Part shown: positions 46,095 to 54,349 of the stretch, piece after piece
Layout of the letters: each line of letters opens with the position of its first letter
Numbering within the stretch: the first letter of the stretch is position 1
Origin: an uncultured delta proteobacterium
GTDB lineage: Bacteria > Myxococcota_A > Polyangia > Haliangiales > Haliangiaceae
Assembly (NCBI GenBank): GCA_963848295.1
Contig: CAWKDB010000010.1
Location: 64,001-128,000, forward strand
Length of the DNA: 64,000 nt
Direction of reading: 5' to 3'
Notes under the pieces: generated by a model
The model's input: only the letters and a program-made list of their open reading frames with translations
Databases searched by the model: none
What the model was told of the DNA's origin: nothing
Made by a program: the position numbers and the translations under genes

Positions 46095-46115
46095 GTGACA
46101 ACGGTAGCACCCGGC

Positions 46116-48026
46116 TCAACCGTCGTCGTGCATCGCGGGCCGTACGCCCGAGGCGGCCGCTTCTGCTCGCTCCGCGGCGCGGACGCGCATGAACTCGCGC
46201 GCGATCTCGGCCTCGTCGACGAAGCCGACGACGCGTTGTTCGGCGTCGACCACCGGGAGCTCGCGCACGCCCATCGCGAGCATCAAGTCGAGCGCGCGGG
46301 TCGCCAGCTCGCGCTGCGCGAGCCCGACCGCCGGCCGCATGACATCGGCAGCGCGGACGAGGCCATCGAGATCCGGCTCCGCCGCGAGCAGCGTGACGTC
46401 GTCGAGCGTGATGATGCCGACGAGCCGCTGCGCCGCATCGATCACCGGGAACACGTCCTGCCGGCCCGCCGCCTCGGCGACCTCGAGCACTCGGGCGACT
46501 TGCTCGGTCGGCGCGAACACCGCATGCTCGTCGGGATCGAGCTTGATCCGATCGATCGTCAGGCGATCGATCGCGTCGCTCTGCGGCTTCTTGGGCGGAT
46601 GCAGCTGAATCCCGTCCTGCTCGAGCAGCGCCTCGTAGATCGGTGTCGGCCGGATCCCGCGCGCGACGCCGTAGGCGACCATGTTCGCGATCATCAGCGG
46701 CAACGTCAGGCCATACCCCGCGGTCATCTCGATGATGATCAGCACCGACGTGATCGGCGCGCGCACGACGCCGGCAAACACCGCGCCCATCCCGACGAGC
46801 GCGAACGAGCCCACCTCCGAGTGCGCATGGCCGAACAGATAGACATCGAGAGCACCGAACGCGCCGCCGAGCATCGCGCCCATGAACAGCGCAGGCGCGA
46901 AGATGCCACCGGAGCCACCGCTCGCGTACGAGAACACGGTCGCGACCAGCTTCGCAGCGCCCATCACGAGCAGCACCTCGACGCCGAGGTTGCCGGACAA
47001 GGCGTCGGCGAGCGCGCCGTAACCACCGCCCGTGATGCCGGACTCGTGACAGACCAACATCACCGTGACCGCCAACCCGCCGGTCACCAAGCCGCCGACC
47101 GCCGGCTGGGCCCAGCCCGGGACCCTCTTCATCGCGTTGAACCGCTTGCGCAACCGCAACAGCGACTCCGTGAACGCCATCGACATGAACGCCGCGCTGA
47201 TGCCGAGCGCTCCGTACAGCACGAGCGACGAGGCGTGGTCGAACGAGTACCCGGTCGGGATCGTGAACACCGGGTTCTCGCCGAGCACGCTGCGCTCGAC
47301 GACGGCCGCGAGTGCCGCGGCGACGATCACGCCGGACAGCAGCGTCTGATCGAGGTTGCCGACGATCTCTTCGATCGTGAACGTCACCGCCGCGATCGGC
47401 GCGTTGAAGGCCGCCGCGATACCCGCCGCCGCGCCGACCGGCAGCAGCAACTGGAGGTTCCGCGCCGACACCCCGGCGAGTTGGCCGATGCCCTTCGCGA
47501 CCCCCGAGCAGATCTGGACGGTCGGGCCCTCGCGGCCGAGGGATGATCCGCTACCGATCTGAACGACGCCGATGAAGAACTTCCCGATCGCGTCGGTGAG
47601 CTTCAGCTTTGCCGCCGACATCGCATACGCGACTTTGATCTGCGGAACGCCGCTGCCACGCGCGCCCGGCACGACGTAGAGCATCACGCCCGCGATGAAC
47701 GCACCGAGCGTCGGGATCAAGATGACCCACGGGATCCCGCTATGGCCTTGGTCGAAGGCGCGGTTGACCGTGCGGTCCGCTAGCCAAGAGATCGTCTCGT
47801 GGAACGCGACCGCGACCAGCCCGCACGCGCCGCCGATCAGGATCGTCAGCCCGAACAACCGCTGGCGCTCGGTCGGGCTGAATCGCGCCTTCGTCTGGAG
47901 CCACAGCTGATAGCCGCGCTGTGCGACCTCGATCGCAAACGGGGCCCGCGGCGTATCAGTGGCGCGCCGCTCGGGATCAGGCTGGGGTGGCGTAGCTTCT
48001 ACGCTCACACGCGCGCGACCAAACAC
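46116..48026 (-). CDS. ClC chloride channel/antiporter with CBS pair
   Basis: GSGVP, GREGPTVQI, GIAAAFNAP, GGIFAP; C-terminal CBS domains; start may be 48008. Confidence 0.92.
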   Translation of the reverse strand: MFGRARVSVEATPPQPDPERRATDTPRAPFAIEVAQRGYQLWLQTKARFSPTERQRLFGLTILIGGACGLVAVAFHETISWLADRTVNRAFDQGHSGIPWVILIPTLGAFIAGVMLYVVPGARGSGVPQIKVAYAMSAAKLKLTDAIGKFFIGVVQIGSGSSLGREGPTVQICSGVAKGIGQLAGVSARNLQLLLPVGAAAGIAAAFNAPIAAVTFTIEEIVGNLDQTLLSGVIVAAALAAVVERSVLGENPVFTIPTGYSFDHASSLVLYGALGISAAFMSMAFTESLLRLRKRFNAMKRVPGWAQPAVGGLVTGGLAVTVMLVCHESGITGGGYGALADALSGNLGVEVLLVMGAAKLVATVFSYASGGSGGIFAPALFMGAMLGGAFGALDVYLFGHAHSEVGSFALVGMGAVFAGVVRAPITSVLIIIEMTAGYGLTLPLMIANMVAYGVARGIRPTPIYEALLEQDGIQLHPPKKPQSDAIDRLTIDRIKLDPDEHAVFAPTEQVARVLEVAEAAGRQDVFPVIDAAQRLVGIITLDDVTLLAAEPDLDGLVRAADVMRPAVGLAQRELATRALDLMLAMGVRELPVVDAEQRVVGFVDEAEIAREFMRVRAAERAEAAASGVRPAMHDDG

Positions 48027-48151
48027 ATCCGTGCTCTATACCGCAGGTCGCTTGGCCGCCCAATCGCGGAACGCGGATTCGTATGTGGACCGAGCCGTTG
48101 TCGAAGCCGGCGAGCTGTGCTGCGAGCCTCGGGCTACTGGCAACTCCGCAC

Positions 48152-48568
48152 TTACGGTCGACCGTGCACGGCAAGCGCCAGCTGCTCGACCCGTCGGGAC
48201 GCGTCGCCGCCCCGGGCGGTGTCGCGCCGGCCATGGACGAGCTCGTCGAGTTGGCGGCGCGCGGCTCGGAACGCATCGGCGATCGCGACGTAGACGTCGG
48301 CGTGCCCCTCGTCGTGGTCCGGATCGTGCGAGACCGAGATCGTGTGATCCGGGATCGCGAGCGTGATCCTCACCTGGAACAGGTCACCATGACGATGGCG
48401 GCGACAAGGTTTGTCGATGACGACGGCGCAGTGCTCGATCCCCTCGTAGACATGCTCGAGCCGTCCGAGCCAGCGCTCGATCGCCGCTTCGACCGATGGG
48501 CTTGTCGTCATCCCGCGAAACGTGATGTCGAGTGAGGTGTTTACCAAGCCGAGATGTCCGAGGCGCAT
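48152..48568 (-). CDS. HPF/RaiA-family ribosome-associated protein
   Basis: DITFRGM..SPSVE, FQVRITLAIP, DVYVAIADAFRAARRQL; start uncertain. Confidence 0.85.
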   Translation of the reverse strand: MRLGHLGLVNTSLDITFRGMTTSPSVEAAIERWLGRLEHVYEGIEHCAVVIDKPCRRHRHGDLFQVRITLAIPDHTISVSHDPDHDEGHADVYVAIADAFRAARRQLDELVHGRRDTARGGDASRRVEQLALAVHGRP

Positions 48569-48741
48569 GGACCATGCGTAGTGCAAGAACGCCGCCGGCT
48601 GCGGACACGGCGTCAGGCTCGAGCGTTCGTGCGCGCACGTACCCGTGGGCGATGGCGCACGTGCGCGCTCGCGTCGCCGCACGCGGTCGAGCGTCGCTGA
48701 CGACGTTGGCCGCCCGGCGATTTCCGTGTAGTTTCACGCGC

Positions 48742-48838
48742 GGAAGCGCACGTCGATCTGGTGACGGCCTCGGTCTTCAAAGCCGGTGGTGCTCCGCGCG
48801 AGCGGCGGCACGGAGGGTTCGATTCCCTTGCGCTTCCG
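48742..48838 (+). tRNA. selC: tRNA-Sec (anticodon TCA)
   Basis: 8-bp acceptor stem GGAAGCGC/GCGCTTCC plus discriminator G; loop CTTCAAA (TCA 48777-48779); long variable arm; T arm GAGGG-TTCGATT-CCCTT; no encoded CCA. Confidence 0.92.
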
Positions 48839-48903
48839 CTGTCTCGTATCAAACATGGCTCGTGCGCGCGATAGCTCTAGAACAGTGTGCAGCCGTCCGC
48901 TGA

Positions 48904-49227
48904 TCAGGTCTCGGCGAGACCCAGCACGTCGAGCAACGCGGCCGAAAGCTCCTGCCATCGCGCTGCCGAGAATGTGGCGATCCAAGGGCCGAGCGCGCTG
49001 CGATCGACGGTCTTGATCCACTCCGGCTTGAGCACGCAATCGCTGGGCAGGCCATCAGTCGCGAGGAGACGCACCTCCCAACGCAGGCCGCGAATCTGGG
49101 TCGACAGCGGGACGACCGGGATCTGCGAAAGCGACGGCAGCAGATCATCGCGACCAAGGACGAGCACGGGCCGGCGCTTGTCCGGTGCGTCGAATCGGAA
49201 CCAGCGGATATCGCCGCGTTGGATCAC
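48904..49227 (-). CDS. PemK/MazF-family toxin
   Basis: IQRGDIRW..PDKRRPVLVL, IPVVPLST, DGLPSDCVL. Confidence 0.9.
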   Translation of the reverse strand: MIQRGDIRWFRFDAPDKRRPVLVLGRDDLLPSLSQIPVVPLSTQIRGLRWEVRLLATDGLPSDCVLKPEWIKTVDRSALGPWIATFSAARWQELSAALLDVLGLAET

Positions 49228-49436
49228 GGAAGCTCGGTGTCAGCGCCGTCCTCGATCGGCCCCTGAGGTCCTTGGGCAACCCACACCCTCCACAGCTCGC
49301 TCTGCTGCTCTGTCGTGAGGTGCTGCTCGTCCACCGCTTCGAGGACCACGCGTACGCGCTTCCCATCAAGCTCGGGAACGGTGCTCTCGAGCTCGATCGT
49401 CTTGCCATGCACTGTGCCGGTCTTCGTGGTTGCCAT
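49224..49436 (-). CDS. Putative antitoxin (swapped-hairpin/DUF104-like N-terminus)
   Basis: GTVHGKTIELE...DGKRVRVVL; small, acidic tail; upstream of the toxin with a GTGA overlap. Confidence 0.7.
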   Translation of the reverse strand: MATTKTGTVHGKTIELESTVPELDGKRVRVVLEAVDEQHLTTEQQSELWRVWVAQGPQGPIEDGADTELP

Positions 49437-49528
49437 CTGCGTTCTCAATGTAGCAGCGATGCGCTGATGCGAGATCCTCGATTAGTGACACCCGCGACGT
49501 AAGCCTGCGGACACGCGATCCCAAATGA

Positions 49529-49592
49529 CTTCAAAGCCGGTGGTGCTCCGCGCGAGCGGCGGCACGGAGGGTTCGATTCCCTTGCGCTTCCG
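49529..49592 (+). repeat. Duplicated 3' part of tRNA-Sec (att site)
   Basis: Exact copy of 48775-48838, beginning at the anticodon loop. Confidence 0.95.
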
Positions 49593-49662
49593 TTTTGTTC
49601 CGTGCCCGAGCGAGTGCAGGAGGCGGAGGAGAGCAACTACGGTTGTGGAATAGGCTCGCCGG

Positions 49663-51717
49663 GTGGAGACTGTCCTCAACATCACGACGGCTCCAGGCCG
49701 CGACGTTCTTCTCCGCTATCAACTGCTCCAGATGCGGCGGATTCGCGCGTTACTAGAAGCGCGAGCTGCCGAGAAGAACAATCAGGATCCAGGCCCGTTT
49801 CCGGCGGCGTTTCGTTCAGCTGGCGACGAGCTAGTGGCGCTCGAACGTGCGCACGTGATTCCGTTCGCCGAGTTGTGCAAGGTGCTCGATCTTCCCCCAT
49901 GGCTCCGGGATGCGCTCGTGCTCGCGGCGGCACCGCATCTCGACCATGGTGCTCGAGGCTCGATCGCGCGCTACTGGGGCCGCGAATCCAGAACACATGT
50001 CGATGCCGCACTCGTGATCGACCTGCTCTGCACGACGCCTGACGAGGCGATCTCCGCTGGCCCAGTCTTGCGCGAAGGGGGGCGACTGCACGCTGCCGCA
50101 CTTGTCGAATCGATCGCGCTCGCGCTGGTGCATTCGCCATCGCGGCTCGAACACGAGCTCGTTCCAACTCCTCGTCTGCTCCGCGTATTCGATGGCGAGA
50201 TCGGACTCGATCCGCGTTTCAAGTCGTTCGCGCGCTTGATCAACGCACGAATTGCGGATGCGATCGGCGTCCTGCCGGCCGAGCGCCTTGCGTGGACGGA
50301 TGCGCTCGTCGGCGCATCGCATCAGGTCAACGACCGCGATGGAGCGTGTTTGTTGCTCGCGGGGTCTCCGGGCGCAGGCAAGCTGCGCGTCGCCCAAGCG
50401 CTCGCCGCCGTGAGCGGCCGGCGATACGTCCTGAGCGTGGAGGCGTCATTCCTTCCGAGTGACGCACTTCGCCTCGGAACGTTGTTGCGCGCGCTCGCGC
50501 AGGAGGCGGAGATCCTCGGCGCGCAGCTCGTACTGCGGCGAATCGACAACTTCGTCACCGGCGGCCCCATCACCTCGGTGTTGCGCCAGTGCATGACTCT
50601 GGCAGGAGCACCGATCTGGTGTACCTCGGATGTCGATCCGATGAGAATGGATGCACCCCATCTCGGCGATCTGGCCATCGTGCGTGTCTCGATCGGACTG
50701 CCGGACATCGAGCTCCGCCGGATGGCGTGGGCCGCGGATCTCGCACGCCTTGGTGTCGCCGTCACCCAAGAGGATGTGAACACCGTCGGCAGCGAGTACC
50801 CGCTCTCGCGTGCCGGAATCGAGACAGCCGCGCGATTGGTCCGCGCACAGGCTTCGGACGTCGAACCAATCTCGACGGTTATTGGAAGGGCAGCCGAATC
50901 TCAGATGCGAGGCCAGCTAGCGCGATTTGCGAAACGCAGTCGCAGCAAGGCACGCCTCGATCACCTCGTGCTGACGGATAATACGCGCGAGCAAGTGAAC
51001 GAGCTGCTGACAGCGCTGCAACGGCGAACCTTCGTCATGGATCGTTGGGGTCTCACCGATCGTCACGCAACCGGTCGTGGGATCGTGACGCTGTTCAACG
51101 GCGCGCCGGGGACGGGCAAGACGATGTGCGCGGCCGCACTCGCGAACGAGATCGCGCAGCCCCTCTATCGCATCGACGTGAGCACCGTGGTCGATCGGTT
51201 CGTCGGCGAGACCGAGAAACAGCTCGTCAGACTGTTCGAGGAAGCGGCGGCGACACGCGCGGCGTTGCTGTTCGACGAAGCGGATTCGTTGTTCAGCAAG
51301 CGCGTCGAAGCAAAGGATTCAACCGACCGTTACTCCAATATGCAGGTCAACCTGTTGCTGAACCTCATTGAGGACTACGACGGGTTCGTCGTGCTCACGA
51401 CTAACCTCAAGGGCGCACTCGACGATGCGTTTCTTCGCCGCATCGTCTACAAGATCGTGTTCGAGATGCCAGAGCACGACGAGCTCGTCGCGCTCTGGGA
51501 ATATCATCTGCCGTCGTCGATTCCTCGCGCACAGGATGTGGATCTCGACGCGCTCGCCGAGGAGTTCCGTACGATCGCCGGCGGCGACATCAAGAACGCT
51601 GTGCTTCGCGCCGCGCTCGCCGCTGGTGGCGAACGGCCGGTCACGCTCGAGATGTTGCGGAAGTCAATGATCAACGAGCTACGTGCAAACGGTGGGGTCG
51701 TCGCCGATCGTCGGTAG
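49663..51717 (+). CDS. AAA+ ATPase, Afp15/Pvc15-like architecture
   Basis: N-terminal helical domain; degenerate AAA (GSPGAGK); intact AAA (GAPGTGKT, FVGETEK, LLFDEADSLFSKR, LTTN..LDDAFLRR). Confidence 0.85.
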   Translation: METVLNITTAPGRDVLLRYQLLQMRRIRALLEARAAEKNNQDPGPFPAAFRSAGDELVALERAHVIPFAELCKVLDLPPWLRDALVLAAAPHLDHGARGSIARYWGRESRTHVDAALVIDLLCTTPDEAISAGPVLREGGRLHAAALVESIALALVHSPSRLEHELVPTPRLLRVFDGEIGLDPRFKSFARLINARIADAIGVLPAERLAWTDALVGASHQVNDRDGACLLLAGSPGAGKLRVAQALAAVSGRRYVLSVEASFLPSDALRLGTLLRALAQEAEILGAQLVLRRIDNFVTGGPITSVLRQCMTLAGAPIWCTSDVDPMRMDAPHLGDLAIVRVSIGLPDIELRRMAWAADLARLGVAVTQEDVNTVGSEYPLSRAGIETAARLVRAQASDVEPISTVIGRAAESQMRGQLARFAKRSRSKARLDHLVLTDNTREQVNELLTALQRRTFVMDRWGLTDRHATGRGIVTLFNGAPGTGKTMCAAALANEIAQPLYRIDVSTVVDRFVGETEKQLVRLFEEAAATRAALLFDEADSLFSKRVEAKDSTDRYSNMQVNLLLNLIEDYDGFVVLTTNLKGALDDAFLRRIVYKIVFEMPEHDELVALWEYHLPSSIPRAQDVDLDALAEEFRTIAGGDIKNAVLRAALAAGGERPVTLEMLRKSMINELRANGGVVADRR

Positions 51718-52722
51718 TCAGTTCACCGGGACCGAGCGAATCGACCAGGTCCCCTTGGGCAGCTTCTCGGCCCAATACACAGCAGTGTTGTTAGCGGCGA
51801 TCGCGGATAACTCACCTTTCGCGGTCGTGACCATCCGGGTCTTTCCGTCGGCGGTGCGCGCCACAATCGCGCGCCCCTTCGTGTAGAACAGCTCGCGATC
51901 ATTGGCGGCGCACGCCACGCCAGGGTCATCGCTCTTGCGGGGGTCCGGTACCTGGACCGCCGGTCCGCCCTTGATCGGCGCGCTGAACAGCTCGATCAAC
52001 GCGCCCGGCTGCTGCGATGCGAGCGTCTGCCGGAACCACCACACGGTGGTCGCGGTCACAGCGATACACTGGATCGGGCCAGCGGGCGCCGAGACCGCTG
52101 CGATCTCCCCGCGGTTGCTGACCTTGAGCGTCGTACTCGCAATTTCGTATGCGACGAACGTAGCGTCACCCGCGCGCGCGACTTCCAGTTCGCCCGACGT
52201 TGCTGCAGCGGCCGTCGGATCGGGCAGCGCCACCGGCGCCAGCGCACCGGTCTTCAGATCGACGCGGATCGCGCGTGTTTCATAGCCGACCTGTCCCATG
52301 ACCTGGCCGATCACGATCACCGCGCCATCGACTGCGACGATGCCATTCGCCTGATCTATGACATGCTGCCTGACGTGTCGCGGAGCACCGTCATCCAGGT
52401 TGATCGCGTACACGTCCCCGCTCATGTTGGTGACGTAGTACGCCACGCCTGTGGCGATGGAGATCGAGCCTGCCGGGAGGACTCCGAGCAAGTGGAGGTC
52501 GCCTCCGGGCGTGACCGTGTAGATGCCGTTTGCCGGACCTGTGTCGTCGGCCGTCTCACCGCGCTGTGTCTGGACGACGAGCTTCGCACCCACCGCTTGG
52601 ATCCAGACCGGAATCTCTGGGATTTCGATGACTTGAGATCCCCGCGCCGCATGGCCCCCGCATCCATCCAACGCGAGTGGTGCTAACAGCGCAGTCGCTG
52701 CAACGAGATGGCGTCTTCCCAC
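51718..52722 (-). CDS. Putative lipoprotein, beta-propeller-like
   Basis: Lipobox-like LALDGC; repeats such as IAVTATTVWW and IAANNTAVYW. Confidence 0.65.
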   Translation of the reverse strand: MGRRHLVAATALLAPLALDGCGGHAARGSQVIEIPEIPVWIQAVGAKLVVQTQRGETADDTGPANGIYTVTPGGDLHLLGVLPAGSISIATGVAYYVTNMSGDVYAINLDDGAPRHVRQHVIDQANGIVAVDGAVIVIGQVMGQVGYETRAIRVDLKTGALAPVALPDPTAAAATSGELEVARAGDATFVAYEIASTTLKVSNRGEIAAVSAPAGPIQCIAVTATTVWWFRQTLASQQPGALIELFSAPIKGGPAVQVPDPRKSDDPGVACAANDRELFYTKGRAIVARTADGKTRMVTTAKGELSAIAANNTAVYWAEKLPKGTWSIRSVPVN

Positions 52723-52871
52723 GTTGCGATGATACTCCAGCTACAACAGACCTCTGATTCGATGACCAGGGCGAGCAAGCAGCCACCGCAACGACGGGCA
52801 AGACCGCACCGGTTCGCGAGGAGCGGGTCACCGAGAAGCATGGGGAGCAGACGTGGAACCGGGACGAAGGC

Positions 52872-54242
52872 GTGATGGGCATCCTGCCCGCACAACCCAT
52901 CGGCATCGAATACGCGACCGGCAAGGCCGAGAGTTTCAAGCTCATGGCGGAGGAGACTGACTCCTCACGCGTGACGATGACAGGCACGCGGAGATCTGGC
53001 GAAGGGGCTGCCTTCCACAGCCAGATCCGGATGATGAACAACTACAACGAGGACGTTTGGTCGATCGAGGAGTCGCAGCGCGAGTACGACTCGATGGCTC
53101 CGCTCGGGAACTTGGCGGTGCAGTCGTTCGCCAAGCTCCAGATGGTCGGGAAAACGATCGGCGTGGACGAAGGCTTCCAGCTCGATGCCAAGGAGACCGC
53201 CGCCCTCGGACCGGCGTCCAGAACCGCCGAGAACATCGGCATGCTCCAGGACGGCGAAGGCCACTCCGTAAAATCTGCCGCCGACAAGGTCAGCGGCTTA
53301 CGCGTGGAGTTGCTCGGGGCGGGTACGAACATGGCATCCGTCGCGGACAAGGTCGTGTTGCGCAAGCTAAAAGAAGAGCTCGAGACCGAGAAGGGCAACA
53401 AGGAAAAGATCGAAAAGAAGATCGAGAAGATCGCGGGCGTCATCGGTTATCTCGACAAGGCGGGTGCACTCGTGGCCGGTGGCGCTGGGCTGGTTGCGGG
53501 GCCGGGAGCTGCAGCGACCGCTGCCGCTGAGTTGGATGAGGCGAGCGCCGTCGCCCCGGAGATGAAGAGCCTCCAGGAAGGTGGCGACAAAGTCGAGAAG
53601 GCCGGCGGACCACTCGAGGGAATCGCGAAGGTGGGGCTCGAGATGTTCTACGCCAAGGAGATGAACGCGATCCAAGGCAAGATTGCGACGATCACCGCGG
53701 AGATTCCGGGTGCCGAATACCGGCTAGAGCGCGACGCGATCAAAGCCGCGAAGGATCACTTCGACGGCGTCGCCAGGCTGTACGAGAGCGCCGTCGAGAA
53801 CTACAAACTGGCGATCAACAATCGGCGCGAGTCGATGGGGGCGATCGGCGGCAGGGCCGACAACGTCGTCGACAAGACTGGCAACGATGCGATGGATTCA
53901 CAAGCGATGGTCTACACCGCCACTGCGTACGAAACGCAATCCTTCCTCGGCACCGCGATGGAGGCCGGAGCACGTACCCAGGCGAAGGTCGATCAGGCGT
54001 CCCACGACATGCGCACCCGCCGAAACCAACACTGGGGGATGCTCAGTGACGCGATGGACGTGACGAATGAACCGCGTACTGAGGGCGAAGACGGGCCGGA
54101 CATTCAAGGCATCAAACACATGAGCCGGCTCATGATGTGGTGGATGCAGGGCGCAGGCAAGGTCGCAGGCGACGTCGATCGACAGGTCGACAAGAAGGCG
54201 AGTCACGTCATGGGCGCGGTCGGATATAGCGGCCACTACTGA
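52872..54242 (+). CDS. Hypothetical alpha-helical protein with coiled coils and a Gly/Ala-rich hydrophobic segment
   Basis: 456 aa ORF with strong codon bias; frame is open upstream to 52758. Confidence 0.75.
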   Translation: MMGILPAQPIGIEYATGKAESFKLMAEETDSSRVTMTGTRRSGEGAAFHSQIRMMNNYNEDVWSIEESQREYDSMAPLGNLAVQSFAKLQMVGKTIGVDEGFQLDAKETAALGPASRTAENIGMLQDGEGHSVKSAADKVSGLRVELLGAGTNMASVADKVVLRKLKEELETEKGNKEKIEKKIEKIAGVIGYLDKAGALVAGGAGLVAGPGAAATAAAELDEASAVAPEMKSLQEGGDKVEKAGGPLEGIAKVGLEMFYAKEMNAIQGKIATITAEIPGAEYRLERDAIKAAKDHFDGVARLYESAVENYKLAINNRRESMGAIGGRADNVVDKTGNDAMDSQAMVYTATAYETQSFLGTAMEAGARTQAKVDQASHDMRTRRNQHWGMLSDAMDVTNEPRTEGEDGPDIQGIKHMSRLMMWWMQGAGKVAGDVDRQVDKKASHVMGAVGYSGHY

Positions 54243-54327
54243 CGCGCCGATGCAAACGACTTCGGATCCCGATCGTACGGGATGCTCCTTCTCGCACGCG
54301 ATGGGGCTCGGCGACGGAAGCTACAGC

Positions 54328-54346
54328 TTTCGCGGTTCCCGCGAAA
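54328..54346. terminator. Possible bidirectional terminator hairpin
   Basis: TTTCGCGG-ttc-CCGCGAAA between convergent genes; U-tails are short. Confidence 0.45.
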
Positions 54347-54349
54347 CGC

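Larger units (their letters stand above)
48775..49592. mobile_element. Integrase-less islet integrated in tRNA-Sec
   Basis: Identical 64-bp direct repeats 48775-48838 and 49529-49592 enclose 690 bp containing a TA pair. Confidence 0.8.

Noticed and set aside
49529..49592. Second tRNA-Sec gene
   Set aside because: It lacks the 5' acceptor strand and D arm; it is only the duplicated 3' part.
52755..52757. In-frame TGA read as selenocysteine
   Set aside because: No in-frame start was seen upstream, there is no redox-motif context, and no SECIS was recognised.
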